Below, in pieces: positions 50,160-62,660 of a stretch of DNA of 64,000 nt. The stretch lies in assembly GCA_028023455.1 (NCBI GenBank), contig JAQFVV010000006.1, positions 8,742,001 through 8,806,000 of the forward strand, in the 5' to 3' direction. The number at the start of each line of letters is the position of its first letter. Within the stretch, counting starts at the first letter, position 1. Source of the stretch: Epiperipatus broadwayi. Lineage: Eukaryota; Animalia; Onychophora. The position numbers and the translations under genes were made by a program. Below the pieces are notes generated by a model. It was not told the origin of the DNA and searched no databases. It was given only the letters and a program-made list of their open reading frames with translations.

Positions 50160-50970
50160 CCCAATGTGGCTGCTTGATGGCGTTGTTTCTTTGCAAAAGT
50201 ACAAATATGTCGTTTACTTGTCCCAACTTATAGCCTATAGAACAGTTCTGTTCATATTAGCCATTAGCAGGCCTAAATGGTGTTGCATGCTGCTTTGCGT
50301 CACTGGATATAGATGTGAGGTATATGGAATTCAACTAGCCATAAGTGTTTTTATATGCCTTGGAAGTAACGATCTTACACCTTACCTGACTTACTATTAC
50401 ATACTAATAATTATAAGCCCATCGTGCGTTTCCCTTTGCATCTTGGAAGGTGAAAATAATTGCAAAGGGTTGGCCTAGAACTTTCACATGTCACGCAAAA
50501 AGGCACGTTTGCAGGGGAACAGTTACAAGAATAATGAAATGGCTGTCTTTGTACATTTTAAAACCAGACACCCCCCCTGGATATTCCAGTGCTAAGCACT
50601 GAAAGCTTGGTTTCCATCAAGAGTAGTGCATGTATTTGCTGATCGTTAGGATTGCCAAAACCATCAGAGCCCCGCCCCCGCACACTCCAGCGTTTTGCCC
50701 TGAAAGCCTGGTTTTCTCAGAGTAGTGCACATATTGGCTGATTCTTTGGATCGTCAAAACCATCTAGACCCCCCCGCCCGCACATTCCAGCACTATGCAC
50801 TGAAACCTTGGTTTGCGCTATGCATTGAAATGTATAATGTAATTTAGAAAATAATGTTGGTTCATAATTTTTTAAAAAATTGTCGGAGAATAGAAAGCAA
50901 AAAATTACCGGCCCAGTAACGTTACATTTCATTTTTGCAAGCAACAACGCCATCAAGCAGCCACATTGGG
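50160..50970. mobile_element. Unclassified MITE with ~60-bp TIRs and internal ~100-bp tandem repeats
   Basis: CCCAATGTGGCTGCTTGATGGCGTTGTT.CTT.GCAAAA inverted at both ends; CA on both flanks; ~2.6 units of ~100 bp at 50560-50815. Confidence 0.75.
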
Positions 50971-52149
50971 CATTTTGTTTTTAGCCTCATTTCTATTATT
51001 ATTTGTAAACATGTTGCAAACTTTTCAAAATTCTACTCTATTATGCAGTTATTAATTTCTTATTATCTGTACGCATGATTAGAAAGGAGCCTCCATATAA
51101 GTTGAAAAAATATATAGAATATAGACAGTGAATGATATTAATTCTGTAATAATGAGATCATTGCATATTGTGAGTCATTTTTAATGAAATTAATTTAAAA
51201 TTAATATATATACAGAAAATTAGGAAATTTTGTTTACGTATTATAAATGTCAGAATAGATTGTTGATATCGGATCGAGCCTTATATGTGATTTCACATTC
51301 GCTTTGCTTTACAAAATCTGAATCGAGAATTATCAGATATCCTCAGAGCTTTCTAATATATATATAAATTTTTTCCACTGTCAAATCATATCCTGTTTTT
51401 TATTTTGTTGTTTATGTATGTTAAAAATCCTCCCATAGGTAGGTTGGTGGATCCAGAAAATAGATATTATAACCAAGTAATAACATTTGATCATTTTTTC
51501 AAGTAGTTTGCTAATTTTTGCCATCTTTTTAACATTAATTTATTGAGCATCTTAAATTTATCCTAAAACTGAAGTCTTTCATCCTTATTAACATGTTTTA
51601 ATTCTTATACACAATCCCACAACAATATACTTTTCTAATTCTTTTTAAACTTTATTTTGTAAGATCAAACATATCTGAAATCATCATTTCAATTATTCTT
51701 ACAGAATTATTCACCAGTGTAGATGTTCATTTCTGAAGAAAGAAAAATAAGTAATTGTAAAACCATTTGGATATTAAGTGGGTTGGGATGTCATTTAAAT
51801 TTATTGTCTTAATACAGTATTAACATGCCCTGAATATTTTGTCACTTGTTCAAGCTGAGTATTTTATTACATCCAATATCTATCTTCATTTATTTCCATT
51901 ATAATGAAAGCTTATTGCAGCTGGTGATTGTCATAGTTTAGCACTTGGTATATAAAAATTGTTTATTGATCTCACATAAGTATAATTGGCAGCCAGTATA
52001 CAATTCAACTTCTATTGTGTTTGAATTGTGTTGGCTTTTTTGTAAGGAAAAAACATTTCTCTAGGAATAACAATAAATAATTTGTAATGTCCATTTCAAA
52101 AATTGTCTAAGATAAAGAAAAATTTTGCAATAAATGAAATAATCGGCAA

Positions 52150-52330
52150 AATTCATACAGCGGGGTGATCCAGTCAAGCCAGAGTAATCAATGGATGCAA
52201 GAAGGGTTGTGCCTAAAATCCCTATCTAGTGCCTACTCATCCAATATTTACAGACTAGTTTCTAGCTTGTGGCCTTTATCAGTGAGGAAACTTGGATCTG
52301 AGAGCACTACAGATAGATCTTAGATGTAAT
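52150..52330 (-). mobile_element. F3 fragment with a degenerate HHR at 52247-52288
   Basis: CCUCA CUGAUAA AGGC-CACAA-GCUA GAAA CUA GUC UGUAA (G8A and helix I mutated); homologous to 1553-1796. Confidence 0.7.
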
Positions 52331-55300
52331 GCAACCCTCCAGCAGCCACCCTTTACCTTATTAGCTAACTAATAAAGAAAGGTGATCATATGATGTTAAG
52401 TGGTTAAATGAAATAATCTATGGAGATTTTATATATATACAGTGAAATAATTATCTTTTAGCATACTTGGTTTTGATAAAAAGTATGTATATATCAATGG
52501 TTCGTAACCAGAAATAAACATTTCTTAAATGTTTTTAGTGCCAAATAAAGAGTAAATTTGTTTTATATCATTGGAGTTTGTCACTATTAGTTAATTGAAA
52601 GCTTTTTCAGGGACTTGCCTTCCTTTGTTTCTAGTGGCTAGTTCAACATTGCTTCTATCAATCAATTTTTCAAGACTGGTTTCAACAGTATTATGCATTT
52701 CAGTTTTTTTAAACATCTCGGGTGATCGTAATTAAACTTGTTTTTTTAATACATAGTTTATGTTATAAAGGAATTCAAAAGATTTGTTATACCTTTCTGA
52801 GATTTTATTAACAAGAGTAAAATATTTTCAAATCTATTGTGTTTTAAATTTAAAATACGACAATTATTTACATAACCTTTGGTGCAGGTCATTCTTGGTC
52901 AGAGTTGGAAAGTACTAGAAAATAGACTTAATTAGTTATATCTTGAGACTTGTAGTACAGAATTTAGTCATGGTAACGTTTCACTTTTGTGCAATCACCT
53001 CAAAAATAGAAAAGGTTTAAGGAAATTTACATATTTTATCTTAGACCATTCAAAAAAGGAAGATAAATATATCATGATAAAAATCGAAGTTAGTGATAAA
53101 ATCGACCAATCAATGAAATAATGTTAATCATTGCTTATATTTTTACATTAATATACCTATCCACAAAAAGATACTACTTTTGCTGTAGCTATATAACCCA
53201 ATTAAATCATAAATATATGCTAAACCTGAAGTTTTACTTGTCATCTCACAATGCTGTCTAGACTAATATCTTTCCTAATAGTAGCTCTTTCCTTAGTATT
53301 CTATAGTAAGCCATGTTCTAATGAAAGGAGCTGTCTAACCTAATGGTTATTTACAATCAACTTTCAGTGCCAAAAGTCATTCCACTACCTACTGACTGAA
53401 TGTTATTACAATTCCTTATTTATCTTCTATACATTACTAATATTAACAAATATAATTAATAATTACTTTTATTTACACTTGATTCAATGCATGCATTGTT
53501 TCTACAAATATTTATCTTATAATTTCCTACTTTTTTCACCAGAGCTACAAATTGTTCAAATACATATGACCAAATAGAAATGATATATATTAAAGCTAAA
53601 ACATATATAATTCACATTTTAAATACAATTATACAAAATATAACTTGATAATTATATTTTATATTTATTGTTTTATTTAATATCTATAATATACATCTTT
53701 TTAGAATGTAAAATTTTTATAACATGTTTGTCAACAGCTTTGCTCAACTTTACTATAAAATACTTTGTAGAAATGCTATCCTTGTGGCTAATCCATTATT
53801 TTTACACATAAAACTACATTTAATAACCCTTTTATACTATCATATAAAAGTGGTATAATAAACTTAAGAAAACAGCATGATTACGGCTTTAAATGTTGCA
53901 CGTCAAATTGATTAAAATTATATGATCTATGTTTGTATAACATTGCACTCATTTAACAACAAATACTATGTATACAGTATTATTATTTCTTTAAAACAAC
54001 AACGCTCTTAAACTACTTATATAATTGCGAAACGCTTTTGATAAAATCTGAAATTAATGGACAAGAGATTCCATGATAAATGCTGCATTTTGCTTTTGAC
54101 TGAAACAGAAGTAATCAATATCACGTGATATAACTTAAATGAGTATATTACTATAAAACTAATTTGAAAAGTAACATTTCATGTTTAAATTTTGTTCCAA
54201 GTATTCATCGGCGTGCTTATGAGTGGTTTTAACTTCATACTGGGCATTAGCAGTCTTTTATTGCAAATATATGTCCAGTTATTTTTTGATGTGTACATGT
54301 TCTAATTTTTTTAAAAATGTATTAAGCACTACACACCTTTTGAGCCATATGAATGAAAATACAATAAAAGATAATTATCCCCCAAAATGTATTTCAGGTT
54401 GAGCCAATACTTGTCCGTTAACCTAGATCACAATCTCATATATATATTATATGTGCGTTTTTCAATAGTAAATTGTTAGATTTTGATTTATACTCCATCC
54501 ACTACTTTGACATTATCCATTTGAATGGATGATGTCAAAGGTGTATGTGGTAAGTTTGACACTTGTCAGCCAAAATATAACGATGCACTATGCTTTATAG
54601 ATGAAAAATATATTTAAAGATTTGCATCTATTAACATATATACATATGATAGCTATATCATTAATTGTCCCCAATATTTTCAAAATTAGCCTTTTATTGA
54701 ATTAAGAGTATATATGGCAATTTGCTGCTTTCCTCGCAATCTTCCATGTCATTTGAAAGTAACCATATATTTCTAGAAATGAATATTAAATATAAGTTTA
54801 AAAATTGGTTTCTGAATTTTTTTGTACACTGAAATCTATTTTTAAAACTTCATATTAGCTGATTTAGAAATAATATTTACCATCTTTTTAAAAAAGTTGT
54901 TTTTCTGCCACAAATTAGGTGGAAGATACTAAAAACACAGGTAGTTAAGGAGGGACTGTACTGCCACCATCAGATGTGCTGTGACACCATCAACAACCAG
55001 CCTGAAACCTGCAAGTGATAACTATTTACGAAAGTTGCTCAAATTTGACAAAAAAACAAAATGGTATGAAATTGAAATAAAAAAAATGAAAGTGGCTGGA
55101 AATTGACAAATAAAAATGAAAACAAAATGCTATGAAATTCAAGGGGAAAAAAAGTAAAAAACTGAAAATACAAGAAAGAGCTGCTTCCCTCCCCTATAAT
55201 CAAAAATTCTTCACTTAAATCGAAAAATAAAAATGCCTGAGGATATATATATACAAGAAATACATGGAAAGTACAAATTATAAAAAAAAAAAAAAAATTC

Positions 55301-57553
55301 ATATTAAAAAAAAAAAATGCCATGAAAACACGAGAAACACCTACCCCCCCCCCCCCAACCAAAATTTCTTCATTTAAATCGAAAAATGTCAGGATATATA
55401 TACACAAGAAATACATTGAAAGTAGAAATTATTAAAGAAAATTGTATCAAATCCTATAATAATTTTAAAAATAACTAAATCAGTGATTAATCAAAAAAAC
55501 ATGGTTCCCAAAAAGCGGGAAATTCAAAATCAAATTATTTACCTTTCGACATTTCCAAATATGAATGGGCAAATTAAGTAGTAGTCAATATTTGTAAACA
55601 ATCATGTAACAGTAATCACTATATAAGCTGAAAAGAATATTACTATAAAATTTAAAAATAAATTCCATGAAAAACGAAAGTCCCTCCCCCCCAATCAAAA
55701 TTTCTCCACTTAAATCGAAAAATAAAAATGACTGAAGATATGTATATCCAAGAAATACATGAAAGTATAAATTATATTTAAAAAACAAGAAAATGATGTA
55801 GTATCCTATAATAATTCAAATTTAAGAAATCCATGCTATTCGACAAAGAAACGGCAAATTAAATAGCTTTCAATATTTGCAAACGATCAGATTTAAATGC
55901 AACGGTTATATAAGCTAAAAAGAATATTACTGGTTTGAAATTATGGCATGTCAAATTAAGTAGCTGTCAATATTTGCAAATGATCAGATTTAAAAGCAAA
56001 GGTTATATAATCTAAAAAGAATATTACATGACAATCTATTTCTGCAATTGCATCAAGAATACGATTAAAATGCAAATACAGAATTTGGTTTATTACTAAG
56101 AGATAAAAATAAAAAGACTGCAAATAAGAAGTCACAACACTTAAATACAGAGTAATAAATAGTAAGAAATTAAATATATTAGCAAGTTTAAAATAATCAT
56201 CGAATACAATTACAGGAAAAATTATTACATTTATTGGCAAGATGTTATTTTAACAAGAATTTAAATAATTAAGAATATTACAATAGAGTTTTAAAAATAT
56301 ATTTGTAGAAATATTACCAACTTTTTGTTCCGAGTTCAGTTTGGCACTATTTACACTGATGACTTGATTGACGTCTTTCTGCCTTGTTTACAAAGAGACT
56401 ATTTTCTTTAAACTATAATTTAGTAGCATTTTCTGTGCACACTGATTATATATAAACGCATACTTCATTACATTTTATTTAAATAAAGTTGCAAATAAAT
56501 AGTTGCAATTGAAATGTGACGTAAGAGCTTACATTAAAAAAAATATAACACCCCAATCCAATTTAAAAGTGATATTTCTTCAGCATTTTGCCCAAGAGAA
56601 AATTTATTCTGTTCATAGTAAATATATATAAGATGGATATTTCATTACATTTTATTTAAACAAAGTTGCCAATTCCTTTTTTTTTAGCGTGAGATGTCTA
56701 ATTACCGATGTAAATTTCCCTACCAAATAGATTTTCAAAAAATATACTAAATACTTTTAAAAGAAAAGACTTTCAACATCAAATTATTTAGCTGTAAAGC
56801 AATTAATTTTTTCCTGTCTTTGAAATTAGGGCATATGTAAATTCATTAATAAAATCAATACAAAAAATTATTACCGATGTCTTCCTTCATTTATAGTATG
56901 TACTTGGATTTTTTCAGTTTTTTTGTTTCAAGAAATTGTTTTTCATGTGAAAATAACATCACATTTCATTTTGAAAATACAAACAGTGACATGCCATAGG
57001 AAAAAGATTATTTGCAGAATATAAATCCATTAGGGTACTCCATTAGCTATCTCCCAAAATAAAATGACATTGACTCTAAATGAAATTTATTTTTACAATT
57101 ACCATTTAACACACTCGCAAAAGCTAGAAACTGGTTAATAGTATCCTAAGCATTTCATCATATATAAGATTCTTAGGAAAATACTGGATTATATCTATAT
57201 ATTATTTAAATATAATCGCACCATAATATATTAAATCAGTTTGTTCTTTCAAAATGAAATATGATGTAATAGACATTTCCAAAGCTAACAAATTTAATCA
57301 AAATGTAACTAAAGGAGACTTGAAATACCTGCTTTGTTCTATTATGACGTTAATTATTTTGTACTGCTAGAAATACAAGTTGTTGGGATAATTTGTATTT
57401 TTTGATGGGGTTAATAAGGATTATTTTCTTATGCAGAAGAATACAACATTAAATATACGCAAACTTTGAGGCAACATTTCAAAATCCCTCTCTGAAATAA
57501 CAGCAGCTTAAATTTACATGTCATTTTTCCATCATATTTTTTTTTAACTCAAA

Positions 57554-59433
57554 ATGATGATAGTTTGGGATTTACCAAAAACAGAACTTGGAAGTAGTGG
57601 AGTTCCTCCAAAGTAAAAAGGTTCTGCCTTCTCAAAAAGTTTGCAGTAATGGGCATGAAATGAAGCTATGTGAATGCAAGGGCACAATGGAAGTGCAACA
57701 TTAGGGCATGTCAATGTCGCATAGCGCTTTGGAAAGGAACCTGGTTGGAAGGCTGCAAATTGTCATTTGTTACAGCCATCTGAATTGTATTACTGGAGCA
57801 AAAACCAATTGGGAAAAAATGAGTTGGGTTTGGACAGGAAGACTGTCATTGCATGGTAGCAGTATTTAAGAGAAGCATGTAAAGAAAGTCTGCTATCTCA
57901 CCCATCCTGCCAAATTGGAGGCCCAGGAAAAACTGTAGACGTTGACAAAACTTTGTTCAGTAAATGTAAAAATCAATGGGTAATTATAACGTAATCAGGC
58001 TTGGCCACTTGATAGCGTTGGCAGTCAAAAACAATACAATGTATGGTTTACAGTGCCGTGTGATTTTTAAATCTTTTTTTTTTTTGGTTATTAATTTATT
58101 GATTGCTATAACTTTTTTTTCATGCCTTTTTAATTTTGTATTTAGTAAACGACAACCTTTTTTTTTATTTTTAAATTGCTGTTTTTGGACAAATTATCAT
58201 CATTCCTCGTTTTTAGTTATTAATTGATTGATTGCTAGAACTTTTTTTACGATGTCTATTTAGCGATGTCTTTCGCTTAATTATTGCTTTCTACATAAAA
58301 CAACTGTGTAGGGTTAGGGTTAGTTTTAGGGTAAGTGTTCTGTTGTTTGTAATGCTAAAATAAAAAATATCAAAATTGTAACTGTAGTCGGACAAAAGAA
58401 ACAAACAAACTTTTTTAAACAACAACAAACACATATAAATGTCTTCTTTACTTATTAAACATGTTTATAATATGTGCTTTCTATGAAATTTACAAAAAAA
58501 TCATGTATATTTTTATTAGACAGTAGAAATACTCTGCTTCTGTTTTCGGCAACTGCGGAAAAAGTTACGCGATCGCCAGACATTTTATGAACTACGTGGT
58601 ATTTCACGTGAAAATGAGATTTCGCACGTGAACTCAGCCGAATTCTGTTGACATACCCTCGGCAAGCTTTTACACATTACACCTCTAAATAAGGGTGTGG
58701 CCATTTGGAAAATTACTATAAAGTCAGGTTTCTTAAATTCATTACTAATACAAAGATTGTGTAATGTATATTGTAAAAATTTGACTAATCAAACTACACA
58801 CACATATATATCAAACTGTAAATGAAAGATAAGTGTGTGGATTCACAGTAACTGTCGCGAAGCAGAAATAGGCTGTATTATTTCTGCGTTACATCATCAA
58901 CGGCCTAATGGCTAAGACAAACAGATGTTTTCTATAGCCGTGTCAGGGTTTGTTAGGTGTTTTGGCAAGCCAGAATTCCATCAAGTGGCCAAGCCCGATT
59001 AGTTTATAAGTACCCCAACAGGGAAGAATTCTTCCTTAACAGTGGTTATTTGACAGCTTATGTAGAGAAACAGTGTTCCATTGTTGCTATTCCAGATCGA
59101 ACAGCATCTATTCATCTAGATCTCATTAAACATGTAGCGCCATGATCCACCATATATACTGACTGCTGGAAGGCCTACAAAATGGATATATTGACTGCTG
59201 CAGGTTTCCAACACTTCAAAGTCAATCATTTGTACAATTTTGTTGATCCTACAACTGGGGCCCATACTCAAAATGTAGAAAGACTTTGGGGGCTTTTGGA
59301 ATGTTGCCATAAACGAGAGGGGACCACTTGACATCATCTTGATTCTTACTTAGAGGAATTCATGTGGTGACAATTGCATGATGGTGAAGATCTATTCCAT
59401 GCAATATTGCAAGTGATAAATCTAAATTTCTAA
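57554..59433 (+). pseudogene. Merlin DDE (IS1595-type) transposase pseudogene, interrupted by a MITE
   Basis: EVVEFLQ..C.NGH.M...WKC...C...GTWLEG...YLREAC...IGGPGKTVDVDKTLF / GRILP*QW...DRTA...TIYTDCWKAY...VNH.YNFVDPTTGAHTQNVERLWG...HLDSYLEEFMW; several stops and frameshifts. Confidence 0.9.
57978..59015. mobile_element. Sola2-like MITE nested in the Merlin transposase
   Basis: TIR GGGTA(A/C)TTATAA..TAATC.GGCTTGGCCACTTGAT; flanks CAAT/CAAC; removal restores AAA AAT CAA CAG GGA AGA in frame. Confidence 0.8.
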
Positions 59434-59444
59434 ACTATAATCTG

Positions 59445-59800
59445 CTAATTTCTGCCATCTTTGCTGTAACCATCGTTACTTAATCTTGTGTTTTTATTCA
59501 AGTGTGTTAAAAGCTTCATAATTCTGCCATTACTTAAAGTTATGTTTCTATTCAAGTGTGTTAAAAGCTTCATAATTTTGCCATCTTTGCTGTACTTTTT
59601 TAAACAAAATAAGCATCGTTACTTAATGTTGTTTCTATTCAAGTGTGTTAAAAGCTTCATAATTTTGCCATCTTTGCTGTATTTTTTTAAACAAAATAAG
59701 GATCGTTACTTAATGTGTTTTTATTCAAGTGTGTTGAAAGCTTCAAAATGCTGACATCTTTGCTGTATTTTTTAGATCGTTACTCAATCTTCTGTTACTA
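59445..59800. repeat. Tandem repeat inside Merlin, about 4 variable-length units of up to ~85 bp
   Basis: Recurrent ATTCAAGTGTGTTAAAAGCTTCA...GCCATCTTTGCTGTA...ATCGTTACT. Confidence 0.85.
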
Positions 59801-61254
59801 TTTAAAGTGTGAACTCTAAATCAAAATAATGTTCTTAATGGATTTTTATGTTGAACACATTCAAGTGCCTACTACAAATGATTGGTAGGACTTTGGTAAT
59901 TATTTTTTGTGTATTGCTTTTTAATTATTTAAATATTGATCAATTTAGATATGCCATAATTTGAAAGCCAGATAACAATTAATTGCTTTATAGCTAAATA
60001 ATTTGAGTTACCTATTTTTGGATAGAAATTCTTCATTGGGGGAGTGGGTATGTTTTACGTTTGACTTATTGTTGATGATATGCCATAATTTCAAACCAGT
60101 AATATTATTTTTAGTTTATATAACCATTGCATTTAAATCTGATCGTTTGCAAATATTGAAAGCTACTTAATTTGCTGTGTTTGTCTGCCATGTTTTTTTG
60201 TCAATTAGTATGGATTTCTTTATTTTTTAAATTTGAATTATTATAGAATATTACATCATTTTCTTGTTTTTTTTAATATAATTTGTACTTTCCATGTATT
60301 TCTTGGATATATATGTCTTCAGTCATTTTTATTTTTTAATTTAAGTGGAGAAATTTTGATTTTAGGGGGAGGTCTTTCGTTGTATTTTCATGGAATTTTT
60401 TATTTTTAAATTTGGATTTTATAGTAATATTCTTTTTAGCTTATATAACCATTATTTTTATATCTAATCATTTGCAAATATTGACATCTACTTAATTTGC
60501 CCATTCATATTTGGAAATGTCGAAAGGTAAATAATTTGATGGTTTTGGATTTCCCGCTTTTTGGTCACCATGTTTTTGGATTAATCACGGATTTAGTTAT
60601 TTTTTAAATTTGAATTATAGGATTTGATACCATTTTCTTGTTTTTTTTAAAATAATTTATACTTTCAATTCATTTCTTGTGTGTATATATCCTCAGACAT
60701 TTTTATTTTTCGATTTAAATGAAGAAATTTTGATTTTAGGGGGGAGGGGATAGGTGTTTCGTGTTTTCATGGAATTTTTTTTTTTTTAATTTGAATTTTC
60801 TTGTTTTTTTTTTTTTTTATAATTTGTACTTTCCATCTATTTCTTGGATATATATATCCTCAGGCATTTTTATTTTTCGATTTAAGTGAATAATTTTTTT
60901 TGGGGGGGGGTAGCTCTTTCTCATATTTTCATGATTTTTTGCTTTTTTTTTTATTTGAATTCCATAGCATTTTGTTGTTTTCTTTTTTATTTGTCAATTT
61001 CCAGCCACTTTCATTGCTTTTTTTTATTTGAATTTCAAACCATTTTGTTGTTGTTTTTTTTTATTTGTCAAATTTGAGCAACTTTCGTAAATAAATTTAT
61101 CACTTGCAGGTTTCAGGCCGGTTGTTGATGGTGTCACAGCGCCATCTGACGGTGGCAGTATGGTCCCTCCTCAACTACCTAATAATCTATTCATAAACAT
61201 CACGCTATATAAAAATAACTCATTTACATAAGATGCATATGTAACTTAATATCA

Positions 61255-61562
61255 ACACGGGCATAACAACAATATTGGCATCAGCATGGGATTTTGGCAT
61301 TCTATTATCAGATTTTCAATGGTATAAATGGTTGGAGTAGATTGAAGCCGTCCATTAAAGTTAAAGATTTGATATCTTAATATAAACTGAGCACTGATTA
61401 TATATATGTGTGTGTGGGAGATGTGAATCTGGACCAACTGATGAATGCTAATTCAGCATGAAATCCGGATATTGGTTATTATTTATGTTTTTTACATGTG
61501 TATCAGTATGAGATTGTGTGGATAGTTGAAGGTTGCTTGAAAGTCTGAGTTCAAATCCCCTA
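61255..61562 (+). mobile_element. F2 unit (~310 bp) carrying an intact HHR
   Basis: Homologous along its length to the reverse complement of 3499-3805. Confidence 0.75.
61432..61477 (+). ncRNA. Canonical minimal type I hammerhead ribozyme (F2)
   Basis: GACCAA CUGAUGA AUGCU-AAUUC-AGCAU GAAA UCCGGA UA^ UUGGUU: helix I 6 bp, helix II 5 bp, palindromic helix III AUCCGGAU, AUA triplet, predicted cut after 61471. Confidence 0.85.
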
Positions 61563-62549
61563 TATTTATAAGATGCTTATCTAAGCAACTATATTATATA
61601 GTCTATATATAATAAATAAAAAATATTTTTCTTGTATTATATATATTGTGGAATTAAATTGAAGTTTTCCATTTGTTATATATTAATACATAATTCCCCC
61701 CCCCCAAAAAAAAAAGAACCAGTGTTACAAAAAGAACAAAAGATTAAGAAAAAGGCGATTTTATTAAGCATTGGGTGAAATATTCAATAGGTATAGAAGA
61801 GCGCGGTTTTGACAAAGGATTTCCCTGGTGAATTTCATGATTATAATAGATAAATATACATAATTAATTTGTTATTTAAATAAATTCCATTATATAAACT
61901 TATTAAAATATTTGTTGTTTGTTAGTATCAATACATAGTACCTTTATAATCTAAAATTCCCTTAGCTGTAATCTACGCTTTTTTCTGTTCCACCGTCTAT
62001 TGGTCATTTTTGGTTGCATATTCTTCGTTTAATGCTTATTTTATCGTAAATTCATATCGCAATCTAAATTGAAAATTTCAGTTCTGAAAAAATCCACATT
62101 TGGTCTTTTTTTTTTTTAAAAAAAAAAAGGGTTTTTCTTTGTTGTGTAGTGTTATATAATCCCTCCTTGACAGCTTTGGCTAGTGTTTCCACAGATCTTT
62201 CTAGCTGCCAAAGTCAGAAATCAAAAAATGTTTTATGCTTTTGTAATTGATTTTGAACATAAATAAATATATTTGTAGTAATTTTTTACATTCATAATTA
62301 AGATTTTACACTAATTTATTGGAATATAAAGGTTGATTCGAAAAATGTTTAAATTTAGAAGAAAAATAAACATGGGAAAGTGAGCAACGCTCGACCGTTT
62401 TTTTAAACAAAGAAACACTTGACCGCTATTTGCATATGAAAGAGATTTGGTGAAAACTAATACAACAGTATCTTTTTCATAAATATTTATATGAATTTTT
62501 TCTACAGTACAGGATTTTTTATATCTGCACTCCAATATGTAATATATAG

Positions 62550-62660
62550 GGAGTTTGAACTCAGACTTTCATACGACCCTTAACTATCCAAGCTATCTCA
62601 TACTGCTGACACACTTGATCACACACATGTCAAAAAGATAAATAAACACCAATATTTATG
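62550..62660 (-). mobile_element. F2 3' fragment
   Basis: Reverse complement matches 61470-61562 (...tattggtg...tttacatgtg...gaaagtctgagttcaaa). Confidence 0.7.

Larger units (their letters stand above)
54940..61179 (+). mobile_element. Merlin (IS1595/IS1016-like) DNA transposon, 6240 bp, ~1-kb TIRs
   Basis: Starts GGTAGTT and ends AACTACC; inverted homology 54940-55954 vs 60076-61179; central transposase pseudogene; no TSD found. Confidence 0.85.

Noticed and set aside
51310-51355. Minus-strand CUGAGGA followed by a perfect 6-bp stem
   Set aside because: No GAAA after the stem and no helix III or NUH triplet.
55039-56240. Phe-rich minus ORFs (also 60886-61077)
   Set aside because: Translations of the A/T-rich Merlin TIR modules.
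59445-59800. Repeat array as a CRISPR candidate
   Set aside because: Eukaryotic context, the units are tandem with no unique spacers, and no cas genes are present.
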